Shown here piece after piece: positions 63,988 to 64,000 of a DNA stretch of 64,000 nucleotides; the stretch's first letter is position 1, and the number at the start of each line of letters is the position of its first letter. The notes below the pieces were generated by a model, which saw only the letters and a list, made by a program, of their open reading frames with translations, did not search any database and was not told the origin of the DNA. Source of the stretch: an uncultured Candidatus Saccharibacteria bacterium (GTDB lineage: Bacteria; Patescibacteriota; Minisyncoccia; Phycocordibacterales; UBA12088); the NCBI GenBank assembly GCA_964411375.1, contig CAYPKR010000001.1, positions 40,227-104,226 on the forward strand, in the 5' to 3' direction. Both the position numbers and the translations under genes were made by a program.

Positions 63988-64000
63988 CTGCTCACTCTAG

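Noticed and set aside
1-64000. CRISPR arrays, rRNA genes, IS elements with terminal inverted repeats
   Set aside because: No regularly spaced direct repeats, no rRNA-like conserved stretches and no transposase ORFs were seen.

Overview
The window looks like a compact, low-GC bacterial chromosome segment, with small proteins, overlapping genes and type IV pilus genes that suggest a Candidate-Phyla-Radiation-like organism. Most genes are housekeeping. At the left is the N-terminal part of ileS (truncated), followed by argS and a thymidylate/folate cluster (glyA, thyA, dcd, folA). Then come secE-nusG-rplK, mscL flanked by two DUF2177 paralogs, typA, an aquaporin, tspO and a DUF444 (YhbH-like) gene. 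Further along are rplS, rluD, a minus-strand tRNA cluster (Val, Leu, Arg) with a repeated trailer element, and pilM/N/O, followed by csaA and ruvX. The right-hand third carries a PIF1-type helicase, rpsT, ruvA, a Mur ligase, a SpoU methyltransferase, tRNA-Lys, holA-like, polA, tsaE, pilB, ruvB, yebC, ruvC and tyrS. Nine tRNA genes were found by eye. No rRNA or CRISPR array was seen.

The most unusual region is an apparent mosaic genomic island at about 26.7-44.6 kb, bounded on the right by a large serine recombinase and tRNA-Ser. It contains four parts:
- A giant (about 1365 aa) NACHT-type STAND NTPase with a C-terminal PD-(D/E)xK-like motif and a basic tail. This is a candidate antiphage sensor/effector with its domain order inverted relative to described Avs/bNACHT proteins. 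It is divergently paired with a winged-helix regulator.
- A phage-derived operon of overlapping genes (ParB-domain N6/N4 DNA methyltransferase, a second methyltransferase, terminase small and large subunits) with no structural genes.
- A 7-kb segment flanked by roughly 55-nt imperfect direct repeats. It carries a B12 module (class II ribonucleotide reductase, PduO adenosyltransferase, DUF4430, an ECF-type membrane protein) and an ArsR-NirK pair.
- The serine recombinase itself.

Other oddities:
- Near-identical GC-rich CCGCGG hairpin repeats follow two small ORFs, one of which has no stop codon before the hairpin.
- A perfect 38-bp inverted repeat incorporates the 3-prime end of tRNA-Leu.
- Several long noncoding stretches look structured (upstream of folA, downstream of a lipoprotein, between pilB and ruvB) but could not be classified without covariance-model searches.
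- The ileS HIGH motif reads HSGS.
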